From a bacterium (lineage in GTDB: Bacteria; UBA8248; JACPRG01; G963555815): 64,000 nt of DNA. The stretch spans positions 1 to 64,000 of the forward strand of contig CAUVWX020000001.1 in the NCBI GenBank assembly GCA_963555815.3, given 5' to 3'. The notes beneath the pieces were generated by a model, which ran no database searches, was not told the DNA's origin, and saw nothing but the letters and a program-made list of their open reading frames with translations. This document shows, piece after piece, positions 20,460-34,275 of the stretch (position 1 is the stretch's first letter; every line of letters starts with the position of its first letter). The translations under genes and the position numbers were made by a program.

Positions 20460-22562
20460 TCAGACAACCACCTGCCTGGAACCCGAGGTCGCCTCCTTCT
20501 TCAGGATGATCTCCTCGGCCACCTGGAAGGGCATCTCCTCGTATCCGGCCACCTGCATCGTAAAGTGAGCACGCCCCTGGGTCTTTGACCGAAGGTCTGT
20601 GGCATATCCAAACATCTGGGCCAGGGGCAGCCGGGCGCTTATCACCTTTGCCCCTGCTCGGCTGGCCATTTCCTGGATCTTGCCACGCCGGGAGGACAGA
20701 TCGCCCACGATATCCCCCAGATACTCCTCCGGGGCCACTACCTCGACATCCATGATGGGTTCCAGAAGGACCAAACCTGCCCCCTTGACCGCCCCCTTGA
20801 AAGCCATGGACCCAGCAATCTTGAAGGCCATATCGGAGGAGTCCACATCGTGATAGGAGCCGTCCAGGGCTGTCGCCTTGATATCGACGAAGGGATAGCC
20901 GGCAAGGACACCCCGCTGAGCTGCCTCCAGGACCCCCTGGCGGACAGCTGACAGATACTCCTTGGGGATTGCCCCCCCGACGACTTTGCTCTCAAAAATC
21001 ACCCCGGCCCCGGGGACTGGCTCCACCCGAAGGGTGACATCGCCAAACTGGCCGCGCCCTCCTGTCTGACGCACAAAACGGCCCCGGGCTTGGGAGGTCT
21101 CCTTGATGGTCTCCCGGTAGGACACCTCGGGCCTGGAGACACGGGCCTTGAGCTGGAATTCTCGAAGGAGTCGATCCACCAAGACCTCCAGGTGAAGCTC
21201 TCCCATTCCAGCGATGACAGTCTGCCCTGTCTCCCCATCCACCATCATCCGAAAGGAAGGGTCCTCCATGGACAGCTTCTTTAGGGAAAGGCCCAACTTG
21301 TCATGATCGGCTTGGGTCTTAGGTTCAATAGCAACGGATATGACTGGTGTGGGGAATTCGATGGACTCCAGGATGAGCGGCTCGCGCTGGTCGCAAAGGG
21401 TGTCTCCCGTCGAGGTGTGGTCGAGCCCCAGGATGGCGACGATGTCCCCCGCATAGGCCTCCTGCAGTTCCTCCCGCTTGTTGGCGTGCATGCGAAGGAG
21501 TCGGCCGGCCCGTTCCACACGGTCCCGGCTACAGTTGAAGATCTTGTCCCCAGTCTTCAGGACACCCGAGTAGATCCGGGCAAAGACGAGATGACCGACA
21601 TAGGGGTCGGCCATAAGCTTAAAAGCCAGGGCCGAGAAAGGAGCGTTGTCATCTGCCGCGCGACTGACCCGAGTACTGGATTCAGGGAGTGTGCCCTCGA
21701 TCGGCGGAACATCCACAGGGGAGGGAAGATAGTCCACCACCGCGTCCAAGAGCGCCTGGACCCCCTTATTGCGGAAAGAGGTCCCGCAAAGGACCGGGAC
21801 TCCCTTCCCCTGCAAGGTCGCCCGCCGAAGGGCCGGGCGGATGAGCTCAGGCCCGATTGGCTGCTCGGAGAGGTACGCTTCGGCAAGCATATCGTCAAGG
21901 TCCGCCAGGGCGTCGATGAGATGCCCCCGGTAGGTCTTGGCCTGGGCTTCCAAGGCACTCGGGATGGGGACCGTTCGAAAGGTGGCCCCCAGGTCCTCCG
22001 CATCATAGACTTGGGCCTCCCACCCGATGAGGTCGATGATGCCATCGAAGAGGTCCCCCTCTCGCCAGGGAATCTGGATGATGAGAGGTCTCGCGGCAAG
22101 CCGGTCTTGGATCTCTTGCACGCACCGGAAGAAATCTCCCTCTCGCCGGTCCATCTTATTGATGAAGACCAGGCGGGGGACCTTGAACTTCTCGGCCTGG
22201 CGCCAGACCGTCTCTGATTGTGGCTCCACTCCCTCAACGGCGTCGAATATCACGATCGCTCCGTCCAGAACCCGCAGGCTTCGCTCCACTTCCAGGGTAA
22301 AGTCCACGTGGCCCGGAGTATCGATCAGGTTGATCTGGTGATCTCGCCACAGGCACGTCGTGGCCGCTGAGGTGATGGTAATCCCGCGCTCCTGCTCCTG
22401 GGCCATCCAGTCCATGACTGCAGCACCGTCATGGACCTCTCCCATCTTGTAGGTGCGGCCCGTATAAAAGAGGATGCGCTCGGTCGTCGTGGTCTTCCCG
22501 GCGTCAATGTGGGCCACGATCCCGATATTGCGAACCCGCTCTAGGGGTACAGTCCGGCTCAC
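20460..22562 (-). CDS. fusA: elongation factor G
   Basis: AHIDAGKTT; ERGITI; DTPGHVDF; NKMD. Confidence 0.98.
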   Translation of the reverse strand: MSRTVPLERVRNIGIVAHIDAGKTTTTERILFYTGRTYKMGEVHDGAAVMDWMAQEQERGITITSAATTCLWRDHQINLIDTPGHVDFTLEVERSLRVLDGAIVIFDAVEGVEPQSETVWRQAEKFKVPRLVFINKMDRREGDFFRCVQEIQDRLAARPLIIQIPWREGDLFDGIIDLIGWEAQVYDAEDLGATFRTVPIPSALEAQAKTYRGHLIDALADLDDMLAEAYLSEQPIGPELIRPALRRATLQGKGVPVLCGTSFRNKGVQALLDAVVDYLPSPVDVPPIEGTLPESSTRVSRAADDNAPFSALAFKLMADPYVGHLVFARIYSGVLKTGDKIFNCSRDRVERAGRLLRMHANKREELQEAYAGDIVAILGLDHTSTGDTLCDQREPLILESIEFPTPVISVAIEPKTQADHDKLGLSLKKLSMEDPSFRMMVDGETGQTVIAGMGELHLEVLVDRLLREFQLKARVSRPEVSYRETIKETSQARGRFVRQTGGRGQFGDVTLRVEPVPGAGVIFESKVVGGAIPKEYLSAVRQGVLEAAQRGVLAGYPFVDIKATALDGSYHDVDSSDMAFKIAGSMAFKGAVKGAGLVLLEPIMDVEVVAPEEYLGDIVGDLSSRRGKIQEMASRAGAKVISARLPLAQMFGYATDLRSKTQGRAHFTMQVAGYEEMPFQVAEEIILKKEATSGSRQVVV

Positions 22563-22573
22563 GGTGTCTCCAC

Positions 22574-23062
<489 letters not shown>

Positions 23063-23102
23063 TCACTCCCGAGTGAAAGGCCGGCCCCTGCGCACGGAGA
23101 GG

Positions 23103-23474
23103 CTACTTCGGCCGCTTCGCCCCGTATTTAGAGCGGCTCTGCTTGCGATCCTGAACACCCGCCGTGTCCAGGCAGCCGCGAATCACATGATAGCGCACCC
23201 CGGGGAGGTCCTTGACCCGTCCCCCCCGGATGAGGACGATGGCATGTTCCTGCAGGTTGTGCCCCACCCCCGGGATATAAGTCGTTACCTCCATCCCATT
23301 GGTGAGTCTCACCCTCGCCACCTTGCGAAGGGCCGAGTTGGGCTTCTTGGGGGTGGAGGTGTAGACCCGGACACAAACCCCTCGCTTCTGTGGGGATCCC
23401 CGAAGGGCCGGGCTAAGCGTCTTTTTCTTAACCGGCACGCGCCCGTGTCGAACCAACTGGTTGATGGTCGGCAC
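23103..23474 (-). CDS. rpsL: 30S ribosomal protein S12
   Basis: [23 protein letters not shown]. Confidence 0.99.
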   Translation of the reverse strand: MPTINQLVRHGRVPVKKKTLSPALRGSPQKRGVCVRVYTSTPKKPNSALRKVARVRLTNGMEVTTYIPGVGHNLQEHAIVLIRGGRVKDLPGVRYHVIRGCLDTAGVQDRKQSRSKYGAKRPK

Positions 23475-23553
23475 CCTTTTCTCCCTTCCCCTAAATCCGC
23501 TAAAAACTCGAAAGCGCAGGAAACTTAGTAAGTTATTCCTTTTCTGGCCTCTG

Positions 23554-26500
23554 TCAAGCCCCTCGTCCCCCCGCCAGGGCCACGGCCTTTTTGGTCTTAT
23601 CGGTTTTGTGGGTTTTGTCGGTTTTAGCCTTGTCGGTTTTAGCGGTCTCCTCCGCCTGCGGCTCTCTTGGCGGAGGCTCCGGCTCAGGCATCTGGGTATT
23701 GAGGGTGAACTCCTGATAGCAGCGCGCGCCTGTCCCAGCCGGAATGAGGCGCCCCATGATGACGTTCTCCTTGAGGCCTCGCAAGTGGTCCACCTTGCCG
23801 CTGACGCTGGCCTGGGTCAGGACGCGGGTCGTCTCCTGGAAGGAGGCGGCCGAGATAAAGCTGTCCGTGCTGAGAGAGGATCGGGTGACCCCAAGGAGTG
23901 TGGTCCGGCCCGTGGCCGGCGTTCCTTTCTTGGCCTGGACCCTGGCGTTCTCTCGGAGGAAAAGGTCCTTGGTAACCTGCTCGCCGATCAGGAAATCCGT
24001 ATCCCCTGGGTCATCAATGATAAGGCGCTTCAGCATCTGGCGGACGATTAGCTCGATGTGCTTGTCGTTAATGCCGACGCCCTGAAGGCGGTAGACCTCC
24101 TGGACCTCATTCACCAGATACTTTTGCAGCTCCTTCTCCCCAAGGACATCCAGGATGTCGTGGGGATTGACGGCCCCATCCATCAGGGCCTCCCCCGCGC
24201 GGATTCGATCCCCCTCGTGGACATTCACGTGTTTACCACGGGGGATGAGGTACTCTCGCTCCTCTCCAGCATCGGTCACCACGAGAACCTTCCGCATTCC
24301 CTTCACAATGCCCCCGAGCTTGACGGTCCCGTCCACTTCAGCGATGGTGGCCTGTTCCTTGGGCTTTCGGGCCTCAAAGAGTTCGGCCACCCGGGGAAGT
24401 CCCCCCGTGATGTCCTTGGTCTTCGTGGTTTCCCTTGGGATCTTGGCGATGATGTCCCCAGGAGAGAGGGTATCGCCCTCCACGGCGGTGATGTGGGCCC
24501 CAACGGGCAAGAGGTAGCGGCCCGACGTCTTCTGGGCCTTATCCTTAATCGAGATCCGAGGCTGGAGGCGCTCTTCTCCGTGCTCGACGATGACCTTCTG
24601 GGAGAGCCCGGTCACCTCATCGAGCTCCTCCTTCATGGTCACCCCTTCGATGATATCTCCAAAGGCGATCCGGCCGCCCACCTCTGTCAGGATGGACATG
24701 GTGTAGGGGTCCCACTCCACCAGCTTGTCACCTGGGCTGACCTTTTGACCTTCTCGGAGCTTAATCTTGGCCCCGTAGACAACAGGGTAGTGCTCACGCT
24801 CTCGGCCCTGATCGTCCTGGACAATGATGCTGCCGTTTCGGTTCATCACGACCGTATCGCCATCTTTATTCTGGACTGTCCTCAGGTTCACGTAACGCAG
24901 GACACCACTCCTCTTGGCCTCCAGGGTGGTCTGTGCCACCACTCGGCTGGCAGTTCCCCCGATGTGAAAGGTCCGCATGGTGAGCTGGGTCCCCGGCTCG
25001 CCGATGGACTGGGCCGCCAAGACCCCGACGGCCTCGCCGATCTCAACCAGATTCCCAGTGGCCAGATTTCGGCCGTAGCACATGACGCAGACCCCAGACG
25101 CGGCCTCGCAGGTGATGACCGAGCGGATCAAGATCTGCTCGATGCCGCTGTTCTCGATCCTGTCGACACCCTCCTCGTCAACCTCCTGGTTGGCACGGAT
25201 GAGGAACTCCCCGGTCAACGGGTCCTTGGCATCATGGAGGGCAATCCGGCCCAGGATCCGGTCTCCTAGGGGTTGGATGACCTCCCCACTCTCCACCAGG
25301 GCGCAGACCTCAATCCCGTTCAGGGTCCCGCAGTCCTCTTGGGTGATGATGATGTCCTGGGCCACATCCACCAGGCGGCGGGTCAGGTAGCCTGAGTTGG
25401 CCGTTTTCAGCGCAGTGTCGGCCAGCCCCTTTCGGGCCCCGTGGGTTGAGATGAAGTACTGAAGGACCGTCAGGCCTTCCCGGAAGTTAGCCGTGATGGG
25501 GGTTTCGATAATGACCCCCGAGGGCTTCGCCATCAGGCCCCGCATCCCGGCGAGCTGGCGGATTTGCTGGGAGCTTCCCCGGGCTCCAGAATCGGCCATA
25601 ATGAAAATGGGGTTGAAGTCTCCACTGCGAGAGACGTCGGATCCTTCCTGTTTGGCAACGCCCGTCGTCACTCGCTCGTCTTCCGCCTCCAGTACTCTGA
25701 ACATCTCATCCGAGACCTGCTCGGTCACGTGGGCCCAAATGTCGATGACCTTGTTGTAGCGCTCGCCATCGGTGATGAGTCCGTCCCGATACTGGCCCTC
25801 CACTTTCACCACCTCTCGCTGAGCCTCCTCCACGAGGGCGTCCTTCTCGGCGGGGATGTGCATGTCGTCGATGGCGATAGAGATCCCAGCCTGGGTAGCG
25901 TAGTGAAAACCAAGCTCTTTGAGGTCGTCCAGGAACTGCACTGTCCTGTCCTTGCCAACCCCTTTGTAGGCCTGGGCGACAAGCTGCGTGAGGGCCTTCT
26001 TGTTCATCTGTCGGTTAACCGTCTCAAAGGAGAGCCCCTCTGGCAGGACCTCATACATGAAGATCCGCCCAACGGTAGTCTTAACAAGTGCCCCGTTCAT
26101 CCGCACCAAGACCCGAGCCTGAAGACCCACTTCCCCGTGGTCGTAGGCAATCCGAACCTCATCGGGGTTTGAGAAAACCTTGTCCTCCCCCTTAGAGCGG
26201 CCCCGCTGCTTGGTCAAATAGTAACAACCCAGGATGATGTCCTGGTTAGGGACAGCCAGAGGGGCTCCGTCGGCCGGGGAGAGGATATTGTTGACGGACA
26301 TCATGAGGACCTTGGCCTCCATCTGGCTCTCCACAGAGAGGGGCACGTGGACGGCCATCTGGTCCCCGTCGAAGTCGGCGTTGAAGGCGGCACAAACCAG
26401 GGGGTGGACCCGAATGGCCTTTCCCTCGACCAGGACGGGGTCAAAGGCTTGGATCCCCAGGCGGTGGAGGGTGGGAGCACGGTTCAAGAGGACCGGATGA

Positions 26501-27774
26501 TCCTGGATGACTTCGTCCAGGACATCCCACACCTCGGGAACCTCGTTCTCCACAAGGCGCTTTGCGCTCTTGATGGTGGTAATCAGCCCCTTTTCTTCGA
26601 GGCGGTTGTAAATGAAGGGTTTGAAGAGCTCCAGGGCCATCTTCTTCGGAAGGCCGCACTGGTTGAACTTGAGCTCGGGGCCCACCACGATGACGGAGCG
26701 GCCCGAATAGTCCACCCGCTTTCCGAGGAGGTTTTGACGAAAGCGTCCCTGCTTTCCCTTCAACATATCGCTCATGGATTTCAGGGGCCGCTTATTGGGC
26801 CCCCTCAAGATGCGCCCCCGGCGCCCGTTGTCAAAGAGGGCATCCACGGCCTCCTGGAGCATCCGCTTTTCATTCCGGATGATGATCTCCGGGGCCCTGA
26901 GCTCCTGAAGACGACTCAGGCGGTTATTGCGGTTGATGACCCGCCGGTAGAGGTCGTTGAGGTCAGAGGTGGCAAACCGGCCCCCGTCTAGGGGGACCAG
27001 AGGCCTCAGTTCGGGGGGGATAACAGGGATGACCTCCAACATCATCCACTCCGGATGGTTCCCCGATTTCCGAAAGGCCTCGACCACCTTGAGGCGCTTG
27101 ATGAGCTTCTTTCTTTTCTGGACCGAGTTGGTCTCCTGAACCTCCACCTTGAGAGAGGCGCTGGCCTTCTCGAGGTCGACCCGCTTGAGCAGCTCTCGAA
27201 TGGCCTCGGCCCCCATGCCGGCCTTAAAGCCGTCCCCGCGTTCCTTCTTGAGGGTCCGATACTGTTCTTCTGACAAAAGGTCCTTCTCTTTGGGAGAGCC
27301 TTTCTTGCTGGAGGTTTTGCCAGACTCTATGACAACGTAGTTTTCGAAATAGAGAACCCGCTCAAGGTCCCTCAGGGACATGTCGAGGAGGTTTCCGATG
27401 CGGCTGGGGAGCCCCTTGAAGAACCAGACGTGAGAGACGGGGCAGGCCAATTCGATGTGGCCCATGCGCTCCCTTCGGACCTTGGAGAGGATAACCTCAA
27501 CCCCGCACTTCTCGCACACGATCCCCCGGTGCTTCATGCGCTTGTATTTGCCGCAGATGCACTCCCAATCCTTCACGGGTCCAAAGATCCTGGCGCAAAA
27601 CAGACCGTCGCGCTCCGGCTTGAAGGTCCGGTAGTTGATGGTCTCCGGCTTCTTGACCTCCCCCGAGGACCAGGATCGGATCTTCTGTGGAGAGGCGATC
27701 TTGATCCGGATGGCATTAAAGGCGATAGGATCTTTGGGCTTATCAAAAAGGTTCAGGATGCTTTCCAAGGCCAC
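23554..27774 (-). CDS. rpoC: RNA polymerase beta' subunit
   Basis: NADFDGDQM catalytic motif; N-terminal zinc ribbon; [13 protein letters not shown]. Confidence 0.99.
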   Translation of the reverse strand: MALESILNLFDKPKDPIAFNAIRIKIASPQKIRSWSSGEVKKPETINYRTFKPERDGLFCARIFGPVKDWECICGKYKRMKHRGIVCEKCGVEVILSKVRRERMGHIELACPVSHVWFFKGLPSRIGNLLDMSLRDLERVLYFENYVVIESGKTSSKKGSPKEKDLLSEEQYRTLKKERGDGFKAGMGAEAIRELLKRVDLEKASASLKVEVQETNSVQKRKKLIKRLKVVEAFRKSGNHPEWMMLEVIPVIPPELRPLVPLDGGRFATSDLNDLYRRVINRNNRLSRLQELRAPEIIIRNEKRMLQEAVDALFDNGRRGRILRGPNKRPLKSMSDMLKGKQGRFRQNLLGKRVDYSGRSVIVVGPELKFNQCGLPKKMALELFKPFIYNRLEEKGLITTIKSAKRLVENEVPEVWDVLDEVIQDHPVLLNRAPTLHRLGIQAFDPVLVEGKAIRVHPLVCAAFNADFDGDQMAVHVPLSVESQMEAKVLMMSVNNILSPADGAPLAVPNQDIILGCYYLTKQRGRSKGEDKVFSNPDEVRIAYDHGEVGLQARVLVRMNGALVKTTVGRIFMYEVLPEGLSFETVNRQMNKKALTQLVAQAYKGVGKDRTVQFLDDLKELGFHYATQAGISIAIDDMHIPAEKDALVEEAQREVVKVEGQYRDGLITDGERYNKVIDIWAHVTEQVSDEMFRVLEAEDERVTTGVAKQEGSDVSRSGDFNPIFIMADSGARGSSQQIRQLAGMRGLMAKPSGVIIETPITANFREGLTVLQYFISTHGARKGLADTALKTANSGYLTRRLVDVAQDIIITQEDCGTLNGIEVCALVESGEVIQPLGDRILGRIALHDAKDPLTGEFLIRANQEVDEEGVDRIENSGIEQILIRSVITCEAASGVCVMCYGRNLATGNLVEIGEAVGVLAAQSIGEPGTQLTMRTFHIGGTASRVVAQTTLEAKRSGVLRYVNLRTVQNKDGDTVVMNRNGSIIVQDDQGREREHYPVVYGAKIKLREGQKVSPGDKLVEWDPYTMSILTEVGGRIAFGDIIEGVTMKEELDEVTGLSQKVIVEHGEERLQPRISIKDKAQKTSGRYLLPVGAHITAVEGDTLSPGDIIAKIPRETTKTKDITGGLPRVAELFEARKPKEQATIAEVDGTVKLGGIVKGMRKVLVVTDAGEEREYLIPRGKHVNVHEGDRIRAGEALMDGAVNPHDILDVLGEKELQKYLVNEVQEVYRLQGVGINDKHIELIVRQMLKRLIIDDPGDTDFLIGEQVTKDLFLRENARVQAKKGTPATGRTTLLGVTRSSLSTDSFISAASFQETTRVLTQASVSGKVDHLRGLKENVIMGRLIPAGTGARCYQEFTLNTQMPEPEPPPREPQAEETAKTDKAKTDKTHKTDKTKKAVALAGGRGA

Positions 27775-27795
27775 TTCCTCCTTTGGGCCGGCCCT

Positions 27796-30700
27796 TTAAC
27801 TGCGAGCTTCTCCCTTCCCGTCCTTCCCGTCCTTCCCGTCGTGCTCGATGAGCTCGACGTCCAAGGCAAGACTCTGGAGCTCTTTCATGAGGACATTGAA
27901 GGACTCGGGCAGACTGGCCTCCAGGGTGTTGTCCCCTTTGACAATGGACTCGTACATGCGGGTGCGACCAGAGACGTCGTCGGACTTGACTGTGAGCATC
28001 TCCTGAAGGGTCTTGGCCGCCCCATAGGCCTCCAAGGCCCACACCTCCATCTCCCCCAGACGCTGCCCCCCGAATTGGGCCTTCCCGCCCAGAGGTTGCT
28101 GCGTCACCAGGGAGTAGGGGCCTGTGGATCGGGCGTGGATCTTGTCGTCGACCAAGTGGTGAAGTTTCATCATGTAGATGTAGCCCACCACCACCTTCTG
28201 GTCGAAGGCCCCCCCTGTTCTGCCGTCATGGAGAATGGTCTCCCCCGAGCGGGGAAGCCCCGCCTTTTCCAATTCCGCCTCGACATCCTCCTCCTTGGCC
28301 CCGTCGAAAACCGGGGTAGAGTAGGAGACGTCGAGGACCTTCGCCGCCCAGCCGAGGTGGGTCTCCAGGATCTGGCCCACGTTCATCCGGGAAGGGACCC
28401 CAAGAGGATTTAAGATGATCTCCACGGGGCGGCCGTCGGGCATGTAGGGCATATCCTCTTCGGGGACGATGATGGAGACTACCCCCTTGTTGCCGTGGCG
28501 TCCCGCCATCTTGTCGCCCACCTGGAGCTTGCGCCGCATCGCCACATAGACCTTGACCAGTTTGATGACCCCGGGGGGAAGTTCGTCTCCCTTCTCGAGC
28601 TTGGAAAGCTTCTCCTTCATGAGAGTTTCCAGGAGGTGGATCTGCTCCTTGGCCCCCCCCTCGATCTCCCGGATCATCTCCTGCGCCTCGGGGTTCATGG
28701 CCTGGCGAATAGCCTGTAAGCCCCGGCTGTTGAGACCCTCAAGGAGCCCCTCCTTCGCCACCGCCCCCTCAGAGAGGAGGACCTTCTTCGTGCGGGGGTC
28801 AACCACTCGGGACTGAACCGTCTTTCCGACCAGGATCTGGCAGGTTCGCTTCTTCTGCTCTTCTTCGACGATTCCGATCTCGTCCTGATAGTCCTTCTTG
28901 ATGCGGGCGGTCTCGCTCTCCTCGATGCTCTGGGTGCGGCTGTCCTTGTCCCCTCCGCGGCGGGTGAAGACCTTGACATCCACGACGGTCCCCTCAATCC
29001 CCGGCGGGATCTTGAGAGAGGAATCCCGGACGTCGCCCGCTTTTTCCCCGAAGATGGCCTTGAGGAGTTTCTCCTCCGGCGAGAGCTGGGTTTCCCCCTT
29101 GGGCGTCACCTTGCCAACCAGGATGTCCCCGGGCCCGACGGTGGCTCCGATCCGAATGATACCACTTTGGTCCAGGTCCTTGAGGGCCTCCTCTCCCACG
29201 TTGGGAATATCCCGGGTGATCTCCTCCTTGCCCTGCTTGGTGTCCCGGGCCTCCACCTCAAACTCTTCGATGTGGATGGAGGTAAACAGATCCTCCTTGA
29301 CCAATCTCTCGCTGACCACAACGGCGTCCTCAAAGTTGTAGCCCCGCCACGGCATGAAGCCGACCAGGACGTTTTTTCCCAGGGCCAGCTCCCCGTGGTC
29401 GGTGGCCGAGCCATCGGCGATGACCTGCCCCTTCTTCACCTTCTTCCCCGCGGAAACGATGGGCCGCTGATTGATGCAGGTGTTCTGGTTAGACCGCTGG
29501 TATTTCGTCAAGGAGTAGATGTGGACTCCCGGGCCCAAGCCCCCCCCCCGGTCCGCACTGCGCACCACAATACGGGAGGCATCGGCGCTCACCACCTCTC
29601 CGCTCTCTTTAGCGAGGACGACAGCCCCCGAGTCCCGCCCGGCGATGGCCTCCATCCCGGTCCCGACCCAGGGGGCCTCAGGGCGAAGGAGGGGGACCGC
29701 CTGGCGTTGCATGTTGGAGCCCATCAGGGCACGGTTGGCGTCGTCGTTCTCCAGGAAGGGGATGAGGGCAGTGGCCACACTCACGAGCTGTTTGGGGGAG
29801 ACGTCCATGAAGGTCACCTCCCCGGGCGCGACCATTTGGAACTCTCCCCCCTTGCGGGCTGAAATAGAATCGTTGACAAACTTCCCCGTGGAATCGACAG
29901 GGGCGTTGGCCTGGGCGATGACGTGTTTGTCTTCTTCAATGGCGGAAAGAAACTCCACCTCGTCCGTCACGCGCTCCTTCTTCACCTTCCGGTAGGGGGT
30001 CTCAATGAGGCCGAAGTCGTTGACCCGGGCGTAAGTCCCCAGGGAGGCAATAAGACCGATGTTGGGCCCCTCAGGGGTCTCGATGGGACAGATCCGCCCG
30101 TAATGGGTGGGGTGGACATCTCGAACCTCAAAGCCCGCTCGCTCCCGTGTCAGCCCCCCCGGCCCCAAGGCGGAGAGCCTGCGCTTGTGAGTAATCTCGG
30201 AGAGGGGGTTCGTCTGGTCCATAAACTGAGAGAGCTGAGAGCTTCCAAAGAATTCCTTAACGGCTGCCATAATGGGTTTGGAGTTGACGAGGTCGCGGGG
30301 CATGGCAGACTCAAGGTCCTGAATGCTCATCCGCTCCCGAATGGCACGCTCCATCCGGACCAGCCCAATCCGAAACTGGTTCTCCAGAAGCTCCCCCACA
30401 GAGCGAACCCGGCGGTTGGCGAGATGGTCAATATCGTCCACCGCCCCTTGCCCGTCGCGAAGACCCAAGAGGTAGCGGACAGTTTCGACAATGTCCTCCA
30501 CCGTGAGGGTCCGCTGGGTCATGGGGAGATCGAGGTTGAGCTTGGTGTTGAGTTTCAGGCGGCCAATGGGGGAGAGGTCGTAGCGCTTGGCATTAAAGAA
30601 GAGGTTGTCAAAGAGGGCACGGGATTTCTCCCGCGTAGGAGGATCTCCTGGGCGAAGGCGCTTGTAGATCTCCTGAAGGGCACCCTCGGGCTCGCTCACC

Positions 30701-31869
30701 TTGTCAACCGCCAGGGTCTCCCGAAGACAGGGGTCTACGTTCCGCTCCCCCTGGGCGAGAACCCATAGGCGGCGGATCTTGTGCTCGGCTATTTGCGAGA
30801 GGGTTTCGGCCGTGATCTCCGTGTTGGCCCCAAGCAGAACTTCTCCTGCCTTCTCGTCTACATGATCCCGGGCCAGGACAAGCCCCAGGAGGGCTTCGGG
30901 GTCCTGGGCGATGGTGTGCATCTTGAGGGCCACCATCCGCCCGTAGGCCTTCCGGGTGATCTTCCGGTCTTTCTTCATCAAGAGATCCCCCGTCTTGGGG
31001 TCCGCCACGTCCTCCTTGGCCTTCTGCCCCACGATGAACTCGGAAAGCGTCTTTCGGAAGACCCGCCCCCTGGGGTCATAGAGGATCTCTTCTGTAGGAT
31101 AGAAGTTGAAGAGGATGTCCTCTGTGGACAAACCCAGGGCCCTCAGCAAGATGGTGCAGGAGAGCTTCCGGCGCCGGTCGATCCGCACATAGAGAACGTC
31201 CCGGGCGTCGAATTCAAAGTCGAGCCAGGAACCCCGGTAGGGGATAACCCTGGCCGAGAAGAGAGGCCTTCCGCTGGTGTGGCCCCTTCCCTTTTCGAGG
31301 CTGAAGAAGACCCCGGGAGAGCGATGCATCTGGCTTACGATGACCCGCTCGGTCCCGTTAAAGATGAAGGTCCCGGTCTCGGTCATGAGGGGAACCTCGC
31401 CCAGATAGACCTTCTGCTCTTTGATGTCTTTAATGAGGGACCTCCCATCCGCCCCTTTTTCCGTCACGCGCAGGCGCATGATGACCCGAAGGGGGTCCCC
31501 ATAGGACATTCCCCGTTGGCGGCATTCATCCATCTCATATTTGGGTCGATAGAAGACCTTCTCCCCGCACTGAGGGCACACCACTCCAGGCCCGCCGAGC
31601 CCCCTGAACTCCCCGCACCGGCACTCCCATATTCCAATCTCGTAGCCCACGTAGTCTAGGAAGGCCGTTTCGTTGAAGTCGCTGATGGGGAAGACACTCT
31701 GAAAGACATTCTCCAGCCCCTCGTTTTCTCGGCGCGAGGGGGTCACTTCCCGCTGAAGAAAACGCTCATAAGAGAGCCTTTGAACCTCGATGAGGTTCGG
31801 AATATCCATAATGGAGGCTATCCGAGCAAAATCGATTCGTTTACGCCCGTCGCTGGTCACGGTGGCCAT
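27796..31869 (-). CDS. rpoB: RNA polymerase beta subunit with an N-terminal Cys4 insert
   Basis: [45 protein letters not shown]. Confidence 0.99.
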   Translation of the reverse strand: MATVTSDGRKRIDFARIASIMDIPNLIEVQRLSYERFLQREVTPSRRENEGLENVFQSVFPISDFNETAFLDYVGYEIGIWECRCGEFRGLGGPGVVCPQCGEKVFYRPKYEMDECRQRGMSYGDPLRVIMRLRVTEKGADGRSLIKDIKEQKVYLGEVPLMTETGTFIFNGTERVIVSQMHRSPGVFFSLEKGRGHTSGRPLFSARVIPYRGSWLDFEFDARDVLYVRIDRRRKLSCTILLRALGLSTEDILFNFYPTEEILYDPRGRVFRKTLSEFIVGQKAKEDVADPKTGDLLMKKDRKITRKAYGRMVALKMHTIAQDPEALLGLVLARDHVDEKAGEVLLGANTEITAETLSQIAEHKIRRLWVLAQGERNVDPCLRETLAVDKVSEPEGALQEIYKRLRPGDPPTREKSRALFDNLFFNAKRYDLSPIGRLKLNTKLNLDLPMTQRTLTVEDIVETVRYLLGLRDGQGAVDDIDHLANRRVRSVGELLENQFRIGLVRMERAIRERMSIQDLESAMPRDLVNSKPIMAAVKEFFGSSQLSQFMDQTNPLSEITHKRRLSALGPGGLTRERAGFEVRDVHPTHYGRICPIETPEGPNIGLIASLGTYARVNDFGLIETPYRKVKKERVTDEVEFLSAIEEDKHVIAQANAPVDSTGKFVNDSISARKGGEFQMVAPGEVTFMDVSPKQLVSVATALIPFLENDDANRALMGSNMQRQAVPLLRPEAPWVGTGMEAIAGRDSGAVVLAKESGEVVSADASRIVVRSADRGGGLGPGVHIYSLTKYQRSNQNTCINQRPIVSAGKKVKKGQVIADGSATDHGELALGKNVLVGFMPWRGYNFEDAVVVSERLVKEDLFTSIHIEEFEVEARDTKQGKEEITRDIPNVGEEALKDLDQSGIIRIGATVGPGDILVGKVTPKGETQLSPEEKLLKAIFGEKAGDVRDSSLKIPPGIEGTVVDVKVFTRRGGDKDSRTQSIEESETARIKKDYQDEIGIVEEEQKKRTCQILVGKTVQSRVVDPRTKKVLLSEGAVAKEGLLEGLNSRGLQAIRQAMNPEAQEMIREIEGGAKEQIHLLETLMKEKLSKLEKGDELPPGVIKLVKVYVAMRRKLQVGDKMAGRHGNKGVVSIIVPEEDMPYMPDGRPVEIILNPLGVPSRMNVGQILETHLGWAAKVLDVSYSTPVFDGAKEEDVEAELEKAGLPRSGETILHDGRTGGAFDQKVVVGYIYMMKLHHLVDDKIHARSTGPYSLVTQQPLGGKAQFGGQRLGEMEVWALEAYGAAKTLQEMLTVKSDDVSGRTRMYESIVKGDNTLEASLPESFNVLMKELQSLALDVELIEHDGKDGKDGKGEARS

Positions 31870-31912
31870 TTCGCTCTCACCCCTTTGTCTTCTGTCCTTT
31901 GGAGATCAAAAC

Positions 31913-32422
31913 TCAGCTGACCTGCACCTCAGCTCCCACTTCCGTCAGTTGGCGCTTAATCTCCTCGGCCTCCTCCTTGGAGACCCCTTCCTTGATGGGC
32001 TTTGGGGCCTCATCAACAACTGCCTTGGCCTCCTTCAGGCCAAGGCCCGTGAGGGCCCGGACCACCTTGATGACCTTGATCTTCTCCCCCCCTATGGTTT
32101 TCAGCGTGACGGTGAACGCCGTCTTTTCCTCTGCCGCAGGTTCCGCCCCGCCCCCTGGCGCGGCCGCCGCCGCCACGGGCATCGCAGCGCTGACACCAAA
32201 GTGCTCCTCCAGGGCCTTGACCAAGTCCGCCAGCTCGAGGACCGTCATGCGCTCGATAGTGCGGATTAACTCCTCCTGGGCAGGAGACCCGTCCCCAGCC
32301 TTTCGGCTTGCCTTGGCGCCCTCAGAGGGTTCCGCACCCTTCTCCGCCTCTTCTTTCACTGCCTTTGGTGCCTTCTCTTCCTTCTCTTCCTTCTTTTCTT
32401 CCTTCACTTCTTCGCTCATCAC
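31913..32422 (-). CDS. rplL: 50S ribosomal protein L7/L12 with charged N-terminal extension
   Basis: [26 protein letters not shown]. Confidence 0.97.
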   Translation of the reverse strand: MMSEEVKEEKKEEKEEKAPKAVKEEAEKGAEPSEGAKASRKAGDGSPAQEELIRTIERMTVLELADLVKALEEHFGVSAAMPVAAAAAPGGGAEPAAEEKTAFTVTLKTIGGEKIKVIKVVRALTGLGLKEAKAVVDEAPKPIKEGVSKEEAEEIKRQLTEVGAEVQVS

Positions 32423-32428
32423 CCTCTC

Positions 32429-32989
32429 CTAAGGAGCTTTCTCCTGCTCTGGGCCCGTCCCCGATGGGGGCGGGTTTCCCCCCTTATCCCGAATGGCGAC
32501 CAGGGTCCAAACCAACTGTGACAGAAGCCCTTGCAACAGCCTCACCAAGCCCCCCATCGGGGCCTGAAGGCCGCCTAACAGTTGAGCCAACAAGACATCC
32601 CGTGACGGAAGGGTCGCAACCCGCTCCACTTCCTTGGAACTGATGAACCTTCCCTCAAGGAGCCCGCCAGTGACCTGAAGCCGCTCCCTTCCCCGGGAGA
32701 ACTCCCGGAGGGCCTTGGCCGGGGCAACGATATCCCCTTCACAGAGGGCCACCGAGACTGGCCCGGAAAACCCATCCTCTAGGACCTCAAAGGAGGTGTC
32801 TTTCAAGGCCCGGCGGGCGAGGGTGTTTTTCACCACCCTGAGCTCAGCCCCCTCCGTCTTCAGAAGACGTCTAAGGGCCGTCATCTCTGCGACGGTCAGG
32901 CCTCGGAAATCCAAGAGGATGGCCGTCTTGGTCTGGGCGAAGCGGCTGTGAAGGTCTGCCACCAGCCCCTTTTTCTTCTCAGTCCCCAA
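32429..32989 (-). CDS. rplJ: 50S ribosomal protein L10
   Basis: DFRGLTV; VVKNTLARRA; ATLPSR. Confidence 0.96.
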   Translation of the reverse strand: MGTEKKKGLVADLHSRFAQTKTAILLDFRGLTVAEMTALRRLLKTEGAELRVVKNTLARRALKDTSFEVLEDGFSGPVSVALCEGDIVAPAKALREFSRGRERLQVTGGLLEGRFISSKEVERVATLPSRDVLLAQLLGGLQAPMGGLVRLLQGLLSQLVWTLVAIRDKGGNPPPSGTGPEQEKAP

Positions 32990-33004
32990 AGCTCTCTCTT
33001 TCCT

Positions 33005-33721
33005 CTAGCGAAGGTCGCTTGCCACCTGTTGATGGTCCACCCTGACGCCGGGGCCCATCGTCGTAGAGATGGCGATCGTCCGAAGGTATTGCCCCTTGGT
33101 GGACGCTGGCTTCATCCGGATGAGGGCCTCCAAAAGAGCGCTCGCGTTTTCCACCAAAGCCTGCGTGGAAAAACTCGCTTTGCCCAGAGGGGCGTGGACG
33201 ATCCCCGCCTTGTCCACGCGAAATTCCACCTTACCCGCTTTCACTTCCCGCACCATCCGGGCTACATCGAAAGAGACGGTCCCCGATTTGGGATTGGGCA
33301 TCAGGCCGCGGGGCCCCAAGACCTTCCCCAAACGGCCGACGACCCCCATCAGATCCGGCGTCGCCACCGCCGTGTCAAAATCAAGCCATCCTCCCTGAAT
33401 CTTCTCGACCAGATCCTCGGCCCCCACAAAGTCCGCCCCCGCATCTCGGGCCTCCCGCTCTTTCTCTCCCTTGGCGAAGACCAAGACCCGTCTTTCTTTC
33501 CCGATCCCATGGGGGGGAACCAAGCTCCCCCGGATCATCTGGTCAGCGTGACGGGCGTCTACGCCCAGGCGAACGGCTATCTCCACCGTCTCGTCAAATT
33601 TGGCCTTTGGCCCCGAGCAGGCTGTCTCGATGGCCTCCAGCAGAGGGTAGCGGCGGTCCTGGTCAACCTTGGCCGCCGCAGCCCGATAGCGCTTGCCCGC
33701 TTTCGCCATGAGTCCCTTCAA
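33005..33721 (-). CDS. rplA: 50S ribosomal protein L1 (start may be ATG 33709)
   Basis: [30 protein letters not shown]. Confidence 0.98.
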   Translation of the reverse strand: MKGLMAKAGKRYRAAAAKVDQDRRYPLLEAIETACSGPKAKFDETVEIAVRLGVDARHADQMIRGSLVPPHGIGKERRVLVFAKGEKEREARDAGADFVGAEDLVEKIQGGWLDFDTAVATPDLMGVVGRLGKVLGPRGLMPNPKSGTVSFDVARMVREVKAGKVEFRVDKAGIVHAPLGKASFSTQALVENASALLEALIRMKPASTKGQYLRTIAISTTMGPGVRVDHQQVASDLR

Positions 33722-34143
33722 CCCTCCACTTCGATACCCATGCTGCGGGCCGTCCCCTCGATGATGCGGACCCCTGCCTCAATGTCTTTTGCGTTCAGGT
33801 CGGCCATCTTCGTCTGAGCGATCTGTCGCAGCTGCTCTCGGCTCACCTTACCGACCTTCTCCCGGTTGGGCTCCTTGGACCCCTTGGCAATCCCCACCAC
33901 CTGCTTCAGCAGAACCGCTGCGGGAGGAGACTTGGTGACGAAGATGAAGGAGCGGTCGGAGTAGATGGTCAGGACCACCGGGATAATGGTCCCCTCCTGT
34001 CCCTGGGTCTGAGAGTTAAAGGTCTTACAGAACTCCATGATGTTGACGCCATGCTGGCCCAGGGCCGGTCCCACAGGGGGAGACGGGTTGGCCTGACCAG
34101 CAGGAACCTGAAGCTTCACCGTCGCTAAGACTTCCTTGGCCAT
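33718..34143 (-). CDS. rplK: 50S ribosomal protein L11
   Basis: [30 protein letters not shown]. Confidence 0.98.
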   Translation of the reverse strand: MAKEVLATVKLQVPAGQANPSPPVGPALGQHGVNIMEFCKTFNSQTQGQEGTIIPVVLTIYSDRSFIFVTKSPPAAVLLKQVVGIAKGSKEPNREKVGKVSREQLRQIAQTKMADLNAKDIEAGVRIIEGTARSMGIEVEG

Positions 34144-34179
34144 CGGTTCCTCTCGACTTCGAATCTTGCTCTTGGGGCG

Positions 34180-34207
34180 AAAAGGGCCTGCCTCTCAGAG
34201 GCAGGCC
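34180..34207 (-). terminator. terminator-like hairpin between nusG and rplK
   Basis: GGCCTGCCTC-TGA-GAGGCAGGCC perfect stem followed by CTTTT on the minus strand. Confidence 0.4.
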
Positions 34208-34275
34208 GCAACCACAAAAGGGCTGGGGTCACTCCACCCGTGACGAAGACAGACAGAAAGACTCCCGAAGCAACA

